Shown: positions 1-10,334 of the stretch, one piece after another | Numbering within the stretch: position 1 is the first letter of the stretch | Layout: every line of letters starts with the position of its first letter | From: Octopus vulgaris | Lineage: Eukaryota | DNA length: 64,000 bases | Direction: 5' to 3' | Assembly (NCBI GenBank): GCA_951406725.2 | Contig: OX597814.1 | Location: forward strand, 24,862,001 to 24,926,000 | Translations under genes and position numbers: made by a program | The notes under the pieces: model-generated | Told to the model about the DNA's origin: nothing | The model's database searches: none | The model's input: the letters and a program-made list of their open reading frames with translations, nothing else

Positions 1-145
1 CTTATGCCTACATTGTTAGCGCTTAATATCCAAAAATTTTCTTTCTTTTTTTTCTTTCGCTTCCTCCACTCTTCTGTCTTTTGTTCCAGTTTCTCATACC
101 ATGAATATAACCACATACGCCTTCTAATTCATTCTGTGTTGTAAT

Positions 146-760
146 TGTTGGCAATAGCTAAGCAGCAAAGCATTTTATCCAAAAGAAGAAGTCCAACTGT
201 TTTCACAGATTTGTGCATTTTTTTATTCAACATAGTTTTATACATACATACATACATACAATCATACAAATTTGTACAAAAACATAGAAATACTCAGTTT
301 CATGGAAAAAGAGCAAAAGAAACTGTCACAGATTCTTCAAATCCAATCTATTGGTGGCACAGTGAAGATTTGCAAGACTTTCCAAAAATTCTCTCTCTGA
401 GATTCTCATGTGAATAGATGCACCCACTTGGGTGTATACCTAAACAGTTCGACCAAGACACCAGCTCAACCACATATTTACAAATGCTGAGAACTCTTAA
501 CTAATAAAATCATGTTGCTTTATTAGCAACCAGCTTGAACTCTCTCAAAAAGAACTCAAATTAAACTCAAAGAAAAATCATACATACATTCAAAACCTCT
601 AGCTTCTATATCTATATTATAAATTCACATTTATATCAATAATAATTGCTGCACTTGGTTTTATGAGGAAATGCTTAAAAGATAACCTGGATAAGCTAGG
701 GTTTTCAGAAAAAGTAATCAACCAATTCACACATTACAAGTACAATTCATAAGTGTGACA
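146..760 (-). mobile_element. Candidate solo LTR (~615 bp)
   Basis: Termini are TGT (146) and ACA (760), flanked by GTAAT (141-145) and GTAAA (761-765), a 5-bp TSD with one mismatch. On the minus strand a TATA-like tract (~604-620) precedes AATAAA (plus TTTATT ~222-227). No internal ORF. Confidence 0.5.
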
Positions 761-928
761 GTAAAAATATACAAGACTTACCTAAAGTTTAAAATGCGAC
801 ATTGTTTTTATTATCGTTATTCCAGTGATAAAGCTTTGTATCTTTATAATAAACCAGCTCCTTCTCCAGAGGAAGAATCCAAGTAAGTAAGAATAGAAGA
901 GTACGTTTATATATACATACATTCATTC

Positions 929-976
<48 letters not shown>

Positions 977-986
977 TTATATATAC

Positions 987-1127
987 AAAATTTAGAGGAC
1001 TGACCACTAAAGTGGACAGGCTATATGCTAAACATAGACGTCAAATCATCATTACCATGGTAATGCCAATTTGACGTCTATGTTTAGCATATAGCCTGTC
1101 ACTTTAGTGGTCAGTCCTCTAAATTTT
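987..1127. repeat. Near-perfect inverted repeat (fold-back), ~60-bp arms
   Basis: 987-1046 is the reverse complement of 1069-1127 except for one indel. The centre is a further palindrome, CATTACCATGGTAATG (1050-1065). Confidence 0.92.
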
Positions 1128-1221
1128 ATATGTAACACAATATTTTAATCTTCGGATTTTTTAAATATGCTAAACCACTGGTTTAATTGATTAATATCAA
1201 TTTCTACCTTTATTATTTAAT

Positions 1222-1971
1222 TGTGTGTGAAAAAGTGCCAATCCCTAGCAGTGGAGGGAACCTGTAGAAGAGGTAGACCCAGGAAAACTTGGGACGAGGT
1301 GGTGAAGCACGACCTCTGAACATTAGGTTTCACTGAGGAAATGACCAGCGACCGAGACCTTTGGAAATATGCTGTGCGTGAAAAGACCAGGCAGGACAAG
1401 TGAGTCCAGCCCACTTATGCATGCCTTTCCTCCCTTGGATACACAAAGACCTGTTGAGGCAAGCGAAGTCGATATCGAACCTCATCCGATGACAGGCACC
1501 TATGCTTACGAAGACCTGTTGGGGCAAGTGAAATCAAAATTGAACCAATCCTATGACTGGCACCCGGCAGATGCCAGGACCCCTGGACTGGAGATACGTA
1601 AAAAGCACTATCCGAATCGTGGCCGATGCCAGCGTCGCCTCGACTGGCTTCCGTGTCGGTGGCACATAAAAAGCACCACCCAAATCGTGGCTGAAGCCAG
1701 TGCCACCTCAACTGGCTTCCGTGCAGGTGGCACGTAAAATGCACCAATCCGACCATGGCCGATACCAGCCTTGCCTGGCACCAGTGCAGGTGGCACGTAA
1801 AAAGCACCCACTACACTCACAGAGTGGTTGGCGTTAGGATGAACATCCAGCTGTAGAAACATTGCCAGATAAGACCGGAGCCTGGTGCAGTCTTCTGGCT
1901 TCCCAGATCCCCGGTCGAATCGTCCAACCCATGCTAGCATGGAGAACGGGCGTTAAACGATGATGATGATG
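1222..1971 (+). mobile_element. 5'-truncated RTE LINE copy (ORF C-terminus, 3'UTR, (GAT)n tail)
   Basis: 1222-1403 closely matches ~10157-10334 (KCQSLAVEG..GRPRKTWDEVVKHD..DRDLWKYAVREKTRQD). It ends in GCGTTAAACGATGATGATGATG like the long copy. Confidence 0.92.
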
Positions 1972-1979
1972 TGTATATA

Positions 1980-2025
<46 letters not shown>

Positions 2026-2436
2026 CACACATGCTCACACACACACATATAATCAGAAAAGTTGCAGAAGTGACTCAAAAACTAAGAGTTTCATGCATGT
2101 CATGATATTGTAAAACTGATTTAAAAATCAAAGTTCCATCAATACCCAGCGGAAATGACATTCTTTCTGGAATATTCAATAAAGTATTGGAGAGTTACCT
2201 ACTAAACAGCAAACTTCAAAATCTGGCCATTTAGCAAAGGGGTAGGGAAAAGAGAAAATAAATTTGAAAAATAAGATGAGAGTATATAAATAAAAATATG
2301 GACATGTAGGTTACACAATTTCACATAGATATAAAATTTAAATAATAAAGGCAGGCACACATAAATGCACCTACTATATAGGTTACATACAAGTATACAT
2401 ATGCATGCTTTTATATATATATATATATATTTATAT

Positions 2437-2496
<60 letters not shown>

Positions 2497-3293
2497 GGTG
2501 ATATTTATGTAACTGATTGCAGCTATTTGCTGAAACATTTAATCTGAATTTCAATTTCTCAATTTTGTCAGATAGTGAAATATTGTTGGTGCTGCAGCTG
2601 GTTATTGTTATAGTCTAGTCTTGAAACATATTCTTTCTTCTTTACTGAGAATAGAGTATAAACATTTACATAAACTATTAGTAGAAATAGATTAAATGTT
2701 TTGCATAAGACTTCAATAAACATTATACTCTGATAACACAGACATGGTTTAACAGATTTGAAAGTGTTCACCTATATACAATTTTTGTGTGTATTTAAAT
2801 ACAGGTGTTAATACACGTGTATGCTTGTATACATGGTAGACTCTATATTATCTTCATGACAGAAGGGGAAAACTAGAACCATAACATTGCATGAGTCAAT
2901 GAGGAAACAATCACGTGGTCATTTTGATCTGCTAGAAATATCAGTCAGGTAATTAAGCCAATTCTAACTCACATCATTATCTTCTTAAAAGCAGAGGGAC
3001 ATATCAGATGATGTGCTCCTAGACAATCAACAGTTGAAAATAAAATGTGGTCTCATGATTAAATAACTTTGATCATGAACCAATTTCATCAAGGCTGACT
3101 TTGAAACAAATAGAACAGCAATAACTTAATAAAGTACAATATTTAGGGAGACAAATTATCTCCCTAAATATCGTATTTTGTGTGGTTGCCAAGCAGCTCA
3201 CAAAGCTATGTAACCTGATTGGAGGAGCTTTATGCTAGCAGATAAGGTATAAGGTATGAGAGAAGGGATTGTGGCAGTGCAGGTTCTTGATGT

Positions 3294-3501
3294 TAGCATG
3301 CCGGGCGAAATGCTATGTGGTATTTTGTCTGCTGCTACGTTCTGAGTTCAAATTCCACCGAGGTTAACTTTGCCTTTCATTCTTTCGGGGTCGATAAATT
3401 AAGTACCAGTTACGAACTGGGGTCAATATAATCAACTTAATCTGTTTGTCTGTCCTTGTTTGTCCTCTCTGTGTTTAGCCCCCTGTGGGTAGTAAAGAAA
3501 T
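3294..3501 (+). mobile_element. tRNA-derived SINE type A (Meta-like central domain), slightly 5'-truncated
   Basis: B-box-like GAGTTCAAATTCC; central GCCTTTCATTCTTTCGGGGTCGATAAATTAAGTACC; 13-bp TSD AGGTTCTTGATGT at 3281-3293 and 3502-3514. Nearly identical to 32177-32401. Confidence 0.9.
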
Positions 3502-3888
3502 AGGTTCTTGATGTAGAGGAGCTATGTGGCTACTTACATTTAATGACCAGAAATAATAAAATAGAAATACAATAAATATGGAATAAACATTTTACATAAA
3601 TATTATAAACTTGACTCCAGGAAACATGAAGTTTTGAGAGTTATTATCTGCTAGCTCAAAAGGTACACAATCTGAGGCTGAAGTAAGACTTGCTGCATTG
3701 CAGTGTTGGGCACTTTATTCATATCACTGCCTCTAATTCATATAATTATTTCTAAATTTTGATGGAAGATGGTTGTTAGTTGACTATATCAACCCCAGTA
3801 ATAGTTTGGTACTCTACTTTATCACACCCAGAGAAACAAAAGACAGTCTAGCAAATTTGCCAGCTCTCTGCTTAACAATGTACATACA

Positions 3889-4100
3889 TTTTCTACTCTA
3901 GGTACAAGGCCCAAAATTTTCGGAGAGGGTCCAGTTGATTAGGTCGACCCCAGTTTGCAACTGGTGCTTAATTTATCAACCCCAAAAGGATGAAGGCAAA
4001 GTTGACCTCGGCGGGATTTGAACTCAGGACATAAAATGTTGTAACTAAATACAGAAAGGAACATTGCCAAATAATCTAATGTTTCTGCTAATCTATTCAC
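3889..4100 (-). mobile_element. SINE type A (alternative 3' tail)
   Basis: Reverse complement of the type A head and central domain (GGATGAAGGCAAAGTTGACCTCGGCGGGATTTGAACTCAG); its tail matches 16480-16545. Confidence 0.78.
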
Positions 4101-4659
4101 CAATATTACTAAAGTAATAAAGATACATTGCATTTAAGAAACAGATTAGCTCCATGATTATCTACTTCTTATACTAACTGTGCTTAGCCCCTTCTTGCAT
4201 GATATTGCCTTTGGAAATAGTTCTATGCTTATGCGTTACCTCACAGTACTATGTAAGACATCAGTTACATTGACATCATGCTGTCATCATAATTATGCTG
4301 TTAACACAATAAACCCCAGAGAAAGAAGTATTTTTAATGCTCAGAAATATATGAAATTGTTTCATATTTGTGATTAACCAAGTTACAGTTGCCTCTGTTC
4401 AAATAATTACTGTCCATATGTAATCCACCTTACTAAAAGAGGTGATATTTATTCACTAGCATTTGAATAATTCATATTCTTTATTATCTATTATTTCTTT
4501 TCAGAGATCGCTACAATTCAATGAACTAATACTTAGGTTTCTGTAAATTTAAATGGATGAGAGATAAACTTCCTCCGAGAGTGTGCCAGGTTAATACTAG
4601 AATATTATGTATGAACAGAATGAAAGTTTATAAACATAGTGAATCAATTGTCAATTTTC

Positions 4660-4865
4660 TCATACAATTGCTATATACTATATATAATACAATATACTTT
4701 ATAAAGTAGTAAATTATATCACTCTATATTATATACAATAGTGAAATATACCATTCTGCATTATACAAAGTTGTAAATTATACACTCCACTATTATATAC
4801 CACCCTGTATCATATGACTTTGTAAACTATTGTACCCTTTATTATATAGAGTAATGAATTATACG
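4660..4865. repeat. Degenerate ~31-32-bp minisatellite, piece 1
   Basis: Recurring unit approximately GTAGTGAATTATACCACTCTATATTATATAAA; the same unit recurs at 6505-6730 and 12255-12440. Confidence 0.55.
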
Positions 4866-5061
4866 AGCCTCATCATCATTTTATATTTGCTTTAAATACT
4901 GGTATAGATATGATAAACCATGGAAATTTAAGTTTCCAGGTTTGTTCATATTTTGAGTTACTACCCTTCTAGATGAGTCGGAGGACTACTATATTTTCGT
5001 TTGGGGTTATTACCCTTCTGAACAAGTTTGAGGATTACTGTGTTTTACTTTTTGCTTGGTT

Positions 5062-5333
<272 letters not shown>

Positions 5334-5530
5334 TTCCGTTGTCGCTTTCCATGCTAGCATGGGTTGGACAATTTGACTGAGGTCTGATGAACCAGATGGC
5401 TGCACCAGACTCCAATCTGATCTGGCAGAGTTTTTACAGATGGATGCCCTTCCTAATGCCAATCACTCTGATAGTATAATCCCCTTCATATAACCAGCCA
5501 CTTTACAGAGTGTACTGTATGCCTTTTACC
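5334..5530 (-). mobile_element. RTE 3'-tail fragment
   Basis: GCTTTCCATGCTAGCATGGGTTGGAC...GGATGCCCTTCCTAATGCCAA is the reverse complement of the LINE terminal 3'UTR (~10790-10915). Confidence 0.82.
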
Positions 5531-5577
5531 AACAACAAAGATTGTCATGTCCTCAGCTTGTTTGACAACACTTCTTT

Positions 5578-5825
5578 TATCTTTTATCTTTTACTTGTTT
5601 CAGTCATTAGACTGCAGCCATGCTGGTGGGGGGAGGGGCACCTTGAAGAATCTTTTTAGTCAAATAAATCGACCCCAGTCTTATTTCATCTTTTTTAAAG
5701 CCTGATACTTATTCTATCAGTCACTTTTCTTGAATTGCTAGATAACACAGGACATAAACAAACTAACACTGATAGTCAAATGGTGCTGGGAGGAACAAAC
5801 ACAAACACAATCACACACACACAGA
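5578..5825 (-). mobile_element. SINE type B, 3' half
   Basis: TTTTACTTGTTTCAGTCATT...ACTTATTCTATC matches the reverse complement of ~11160-11360. A probable 5' half lies at ~6390-6500. Confidence 0.75.
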
Positions 5826-5831
5826 TATATA

Positions 5832-6190
5832 TCATCATCATCATCGTCATCATCATTTAACGTCCTTTGTCCATGCTAGCATGGGTTGGACAGTTTAACC
5901 AAAGCTAGCAAGTAGGGGAGCTGCACCAGACTCCAGTCTGATTTAGCATGGTTTCTATGGCTTGATGCCCTTCCTAATGCCAACCACTTTACAGAGTTTG
6001 CTGGGTGCTTTTATATGGCACCACACAGGTGCTTTTATGTGGTGCCACACAGGCACATTTATGGGACACCACATTGGTGCTTTTACATGGAACTGCATGG
6101 GTAATTTTATGTGACGCCACACAGGGGATTTTATGTGATGCTGTACGGGCACTTTTATGTGGAACCACCATGAACACTTTATACCACCAG
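5832..6190 (-). mobile_element. RTE 3'-tail fragment with a 24-bp tandem array
   Basis: (CAT)n tail, terminal 3'UTR, then ~7 diverged copies of GGTGCTTTTATGTGGCACCACACA (~6005-6170). Confidence 0.78.
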
Positions 6191-6504
6191 CAGGATCAGT
6201 CTTAACAGTTCTGCAGCAGGGCATGGGTCTTCGGCCAGGCACTAGGAATCTCGGTCCTTTGTCCTCTCTACTGAAAGGTTACCTTCCTGAGGTCTTTCTT
6301 CAGCACTTCATTCATATATATATATTCTTTTATTCTTTTATTCATTTCAGCCATGCAGCTGTGGTCATGCTGGAGTACAATATATATAAGCCCAAGGCTA
6401 TAGAAGACTACACTTTCCCAAAGCATCAAAGAATAGGACTGAACCTTGGACCATGTGAGTGAGAATCGAACTTCTTACCACAGAGCTACACCTTTGCCTA
6501 TTTA

Positions 6505-6730
6505 CGTACTATATTATTCAATATCATATATGATATCACCCTATATTATATAATGTAGGGAATTATACCACCATATATTTCACAAAGCACCAAATCACAC
6601 CATGTTATGTTATATAAAGTCATAAACTATATATCACTTTACATTATATGAAGTAAGGAATTGTATCATTCTCTAAAGATAATCAACAGTAATTTATACC
6701 ACTCTATATTATAAAAGTGATAAACTAAAC
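6505..6730. repeat. Degenerate ~31-32-bp minisatellite, piece 2
   Basis: e.g. GTAGGGAATTATACCACCATATATT and GTAATTTATACCACTCTATATTATAAAAG; same unit as 4660-4865. Confidence 0.55.
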
Positions 6731-6736
6731 ACAAGA

Positions 6737-6895
6737 CAGGCATGACTGCATGGTTAGAAGCTTGTTTCACAACCACATGGTTCTGAGTTCAGTCTCATTG
6801 CATGGCACCTTGGGCAAGTCTCTTCTACTATAGCCTCAGACTGACCAAAGCCTTGTGAGTAGGTTTGGTAGATGGAAACTGAAAGCCTGTCATGT
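6737..6895 (+). mobile_element. SINE type B (tRNA head, CORE-like domain), 5' half
   Basis: AACCACATGGTTCTGAGTTCAGTC...GGCACCTTGGGCAAGT...GGTAGATGGAAACTGAAAG, ending at the internal microsatellite; matches 10935-11097. Confidence 0.82.
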
Positions 6896-6914
6896 ATGTA
6901 TATATATATAATCA

Positions 6915-7345
6915 ACATCATCATCATCATCATCATCATCTTCATCATCATCATCATCATCATTATCATCATCATCATCATCATCGTTTAACGTCCGCTT
7001 TCCATGCAGGCATGGGTTGGATGGTTTGACTGAGGACTTGTGACCCAGAGGCTGCACCAGACTCAATCTGATCTGGCAAAGTTTCTGCAGCTGGATGCCC
7101 TTCCTAATGCCAACCACTCCAAGTGTGTAGTGGGTGCTTTTATGCGCCACTGGCACGAAGGCCAGTATGGTTTCTATGGCTGGATGCTCTTCCTAATGCC
7201 ACTCACTCCAAGAATCTAATGTGCTTTTTACATGCCACCAGCATGGGTGCAGGTTACATAACACCAGCATCAGCCACAACTATGCTTTCATTTGGCTTGA
7301 TGTGTCTTTTCAAGCATGGGATATCACCAAAGGTCTTGGTCACTT
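6915..7345 (-). mobile_element. RTE 3'-tail fragment(s) with a long (CAT)n tail
   Basis: (CAT)n 6915-6984 followed by CGTTTAACGTCCGCTTTCCATGC; the GCTGGATGC..TTCCTAATGCCA block occurs twice (~7090 and ~7178). Confidence 0.8.
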
Positions 7346-7386
7346 ATCACCTTATATACATACATATATATATATATAGAGAGAGA

Positions 7387-8495
7387 GAGATTGTAGAGCT
7401 GCTTGAACGGAGACGTGTGGATGTATGCTGTATCCAGGAAGTAAGGTGGAGAGGAGGTTCCGCTAGGCTCCTCACAGGCAAGGAACACAGGTACAAGATT
7501 TTCTGGGCAGGGAACACTGATGGGGTCGGGGGCGTGGGTATACTTCTTGCGGAGAAATGGGTAGGTAAGGTAATCGAGGTAGTCAGAGTAAGTGACAGAG
7601 TAATTAAAATTAGATTAGTCCTACACCATAGGACAGCTACCATCATCTCGGCATATGCCCCTCAACCAGGGCTACCGGGAGGACAAAAAGACCAATTCTA
7701 TGACACCCTATTGCGGACTACCTCGTTGACAAATGACAGTGACCTTCTCTTCGTGGCAGGTGATTTCAATGGACATGTTGGACGACATGTCGGGGGCTTC
7801 CATGGCATCCATGGAGGCTACAGTTTTGGCTCTCATAATGAGGAGGGAACCAGGCTGCTGGAGTTCTGTGATACAAATGACCTTATGGTCTGCAATACCA
7901 ACTTCAGGAAACCCACCTCTCACCTAGTCACCTACCGTTCTGGCAGACACACCAGCCAGATTGACTACATCCTTGCCATAAAAAGGGAAAGAGGGCTGAT
8001 TATAAATGCCAAAACCTTTCCAGGTGAAGAATGTACTCATCAACATAGATTAGTAGTTAGCAACTTCAGGATCAGAGCTAAATGGTTTCCCAGAAGAAGA
8101 CCAGCTTGGAGGAGAAGGGTCTGGAAGCTTAAAGATCCTGCTAATGGACAGAGATTTAGAGACATACTACTCGAAGCCTTTGACGAAATAGAAGGGGATA
8201 TAGCTTCACTTAATGTGGAAGACAACTGGAGATTCCTACGAGACAATCTGCTGACAATCTCGACCCAGAGTAACATGGTGTTGGAACACCGTGGTTGACA
8301 GGGCTATTAGACAAAAGAGACAGGCTTGGAAGGACTGGAAGAACAGTGGTAGCAGGGAATTGTATCAGACAGCCAAAAGGGAAGCTAGGAGACAGGTTTA
8401 TTTAGCCAGAGGGGAAGCGGATAAGAAAAAAATTTGCCAATGTTCTGAGCCGTGAGGATGAAAGACTTGAGGTATTTCGTGTTGCAAGACAGTGT
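7387..8495 (+). pseudogene. APE-type endonuclease and linker of the RTE ORF, frameshifted
   Basis: Motifs DVCCIQEVRW, GGVGILL, SAYAPQ, VAGDFNGHVG, SQIDYIL and HQHRLVV. The frame breaks near 8255 (apparent deletion before the RPRVTW motif) and at the A-run ~8426-8432. Confidence 0.92.
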
Positions 8496-10334
8496 GTGAG
8501 AGAGAATCGTGATGTGGTAGGAGAGAAGTGTGTTCGCATGGATGATGGTTCACTTGCGCTAAATGAGGATGCAAAGAGAGAGGTTTGGAGATGCCACTAT
8601 GAAAGGTTGTTGAATAAAGAAAATGAATGGGATAAAGAGAGTCTGCCGAATGTTGACCCAACAGAGGGACCAGCTATCCGAGTTGATAGTTCCGTGGTAG
8701 CTAAGGCAATTAGAAGCATGAAGACAGGAAAAGCCCCAGGCCCATCAGAAATTACTGCAGAGATGCTCAAAATATCTGGCAGTGTTGGCTATAACCTAGT
8801 CACCCGTATAGTCAACCAGGTGATACATGAAGGAGTCATACCCAATGACTGGTGTAGCAGCATACTAGTCAACTGCTACAAAGGTAAAGGTGATGCCCTA
8901 GATACAAATAATTACAGAGGTATCAAGCTGTTGGATCAGGTAATGAAGGTTACAGAGAGGGTCATAGCCCAACTAATTAGAGAGAGAGTTAGTTTAGATG
9001 AGATGCAGTTTGGGTTCGTGCCAGGGAAAAGCACCACTGATGCTATATTCCTGGTAAGGCAGCTGCAGGAGAAATACCTAGCCAAAGATAAGCCCCTGTA
9101 CCTGGCTTTCGTTGACATGGAGAAAGCCTTTGATAGGGTCCCCCGATCCCTCATCTGGTGCTCAATGAGGAAACTAGGGATAGATGAATGGCTGGTGAGG
9201 GCTGTGCAAGCCATGTACAGAGATGCCGTAAGTAAGGTTAGGGTTGGCAACATGTACACAGAAGAATTCAAAGTAGAGGTTGGGGTCCACCAGGGTTCAG
9301 TACTCAGCCCCCTCCTATTTATCATAGTCCTCCAGGCAATTGTGGTGGAATTCAAGACAGGTTGCCCCTGGGAGCTCCTCTATGCTGACGACCTTGCTCT
9401 AATTGCTGAGTCACTATCAGAACTGGAGGAGAAGTTCCAGGTGTGGAAGGAGGGTTTAGAATCGAGGGGCCTTAGAGTCAACCTAGCTAAAACCAAAGTA
9501 CTAATAAGTAGAAATGTAGACAATCCACAAATATCCTCAGGAAGATGGCCCTGCTCGATCTGTAGAAAAGGTGTAGGTAGAAACTCTATAAGATGTACCC
9601 AGTGTAAGCTATGGACACATAAGAGGTGCAGCAATGTCAAAGGTAGGCTAACTGGGAAGATAGTTTTTGTATGTGGCAGATGCTCGGGAGCATTGACCTC
9701 CGAAAATCTGCAGAAAACAACTTCCGTCACTTTCCAGGGGGAAAAACTAGAAGTAGTTGATAGCTTCCATTATCTTGGTGACCAAGTCAGTAGTGGGGGT
9801 GGGTGCGCTGAAAGTGTAACTGCTAGAATAAGAATAGCCTGGGCAAAGTTTAGGGAGCTCTTACCTCTGCTGGTGACTAAAGGCCTCTCGCTCAGAGTAA
9901 AAGGCAGACTGTATGATGCATGTGTACGAACTGCCATGCTACATGGCAGTGAAACATGGGCCGTGACTGCTGAGGAAATGTGTAAGCTCATGAGGAATGA
10001 AGCCAGTATGCTCCGATGGATGTGTAATGTCAGTGTACATACTCGACAGAGCGTTAGTACCTTGAGAGAAATGTTGTACCTAAGAAGCATCAGTTGTGGT
10101 GTGCAAGAGAGACGATTGCGCTGGTATGGTCATGTGGCGAGAATGGATGAAGATAGGTGTGTGAGAAAGTGCCAATCCCTAGCAGTTGAGGGAACCCGTG
10201 GAAGAGGTAGACCCAGGAAAACCTGGGACGAGGTGGTGAAGCACGACCTTAGAACATTAGGTCTCACCATGGAAATGACTAGAGACCGAGACCTATGGAA
10301 GTATGCTGTGCGTGAGAAGACCCGACAAGACTAG
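8496..10334 (+). CDS. RTE reverse transcriptase portion (open for 612 codons) with an internal PHD-like finger
   Basis: GKAPGP, YKGKGD..NYRGIKLL, QFGFVPGKSTTDAIF, AFVDMEKAFDRV, GVHQGSVLSPLLF, LLYADDL (YADD 9381-9392), YLG, HGSETW, RRLRWYGHVAR, GRPRKTW. The start codon is an artefact of the upstream frameshift. Confidence 0.95.
   Translation: MRENRDVVGEKCVRMDDGSLALNEDAKREVWRCHYERLLNKENEWDKESLPNVDPTEGPAIRVDSSVVAKAIRSMKTGKAPGPSEITAEMLKISGSVGYNLVTRIVNQVIHEGVIPNDWCSSILVNCYKGKGDALDTNNYRGIKLLDQVMKVTERVIAQLIRERVSLDEMQFGFVPGKSTTDAIFLVRQLQEKYLAKDKPLYLAFVDMEKAFDRVPRSLIWCSMRKLGIDEWLVRAVQAMYRDAVSKVRVGNMYTEEFKVEVGVHQGSVLSPLLFIIVLQAIVVEFKTGCPWELLYADDLALIAESLSELEEKFQVWKEGLESRGLRVNLAKTKVLISRNVDNPQISSGRWPCSICRKGVGRNSIRCTQCKLWTHKRCSNVKGRLTGKIVFVCGRCSGALTSENLQKTTSVTFQGEKLEVVDSFHYLGDQVSSGGGCAESVTARIRIAWAKFRELLPLLVTKGLSLRVKGRLYDACVRTAMLHGSETWAVTAEEMCKLMRNEASMLRWMCNVSVHTRQSVSTLREMLYLRSISCGVQERRLRWYGHVARMDEDRCVRKCQSLAVEGTRGRGRPRKTWDEVVKHDLRTLGLTMEMTRDRDLWKYAVREKTRQD

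Noticed and set aside
4505-4589. Plus-strand exon-like segment (TTTCAG| ... CAG|GTTAAT); similar cases at 17320-17332 and 59650-59827
   Set aside because: Splice-like words alone are common in AT-rich DNA; no recognisable peptide or consistent gene model.
7123-7386. N-terminal part of the 391-aa ORF
   Set aside because: Chance read-through of an antisense RTE tail and a (TA)n(GA)n tract into the truncated endonuclease; not part of the protein.
8936-10090. Minus-strand ORFs within the RT
   Set aside because: Antisense shadows of the RT frame with no recognisable motifs.
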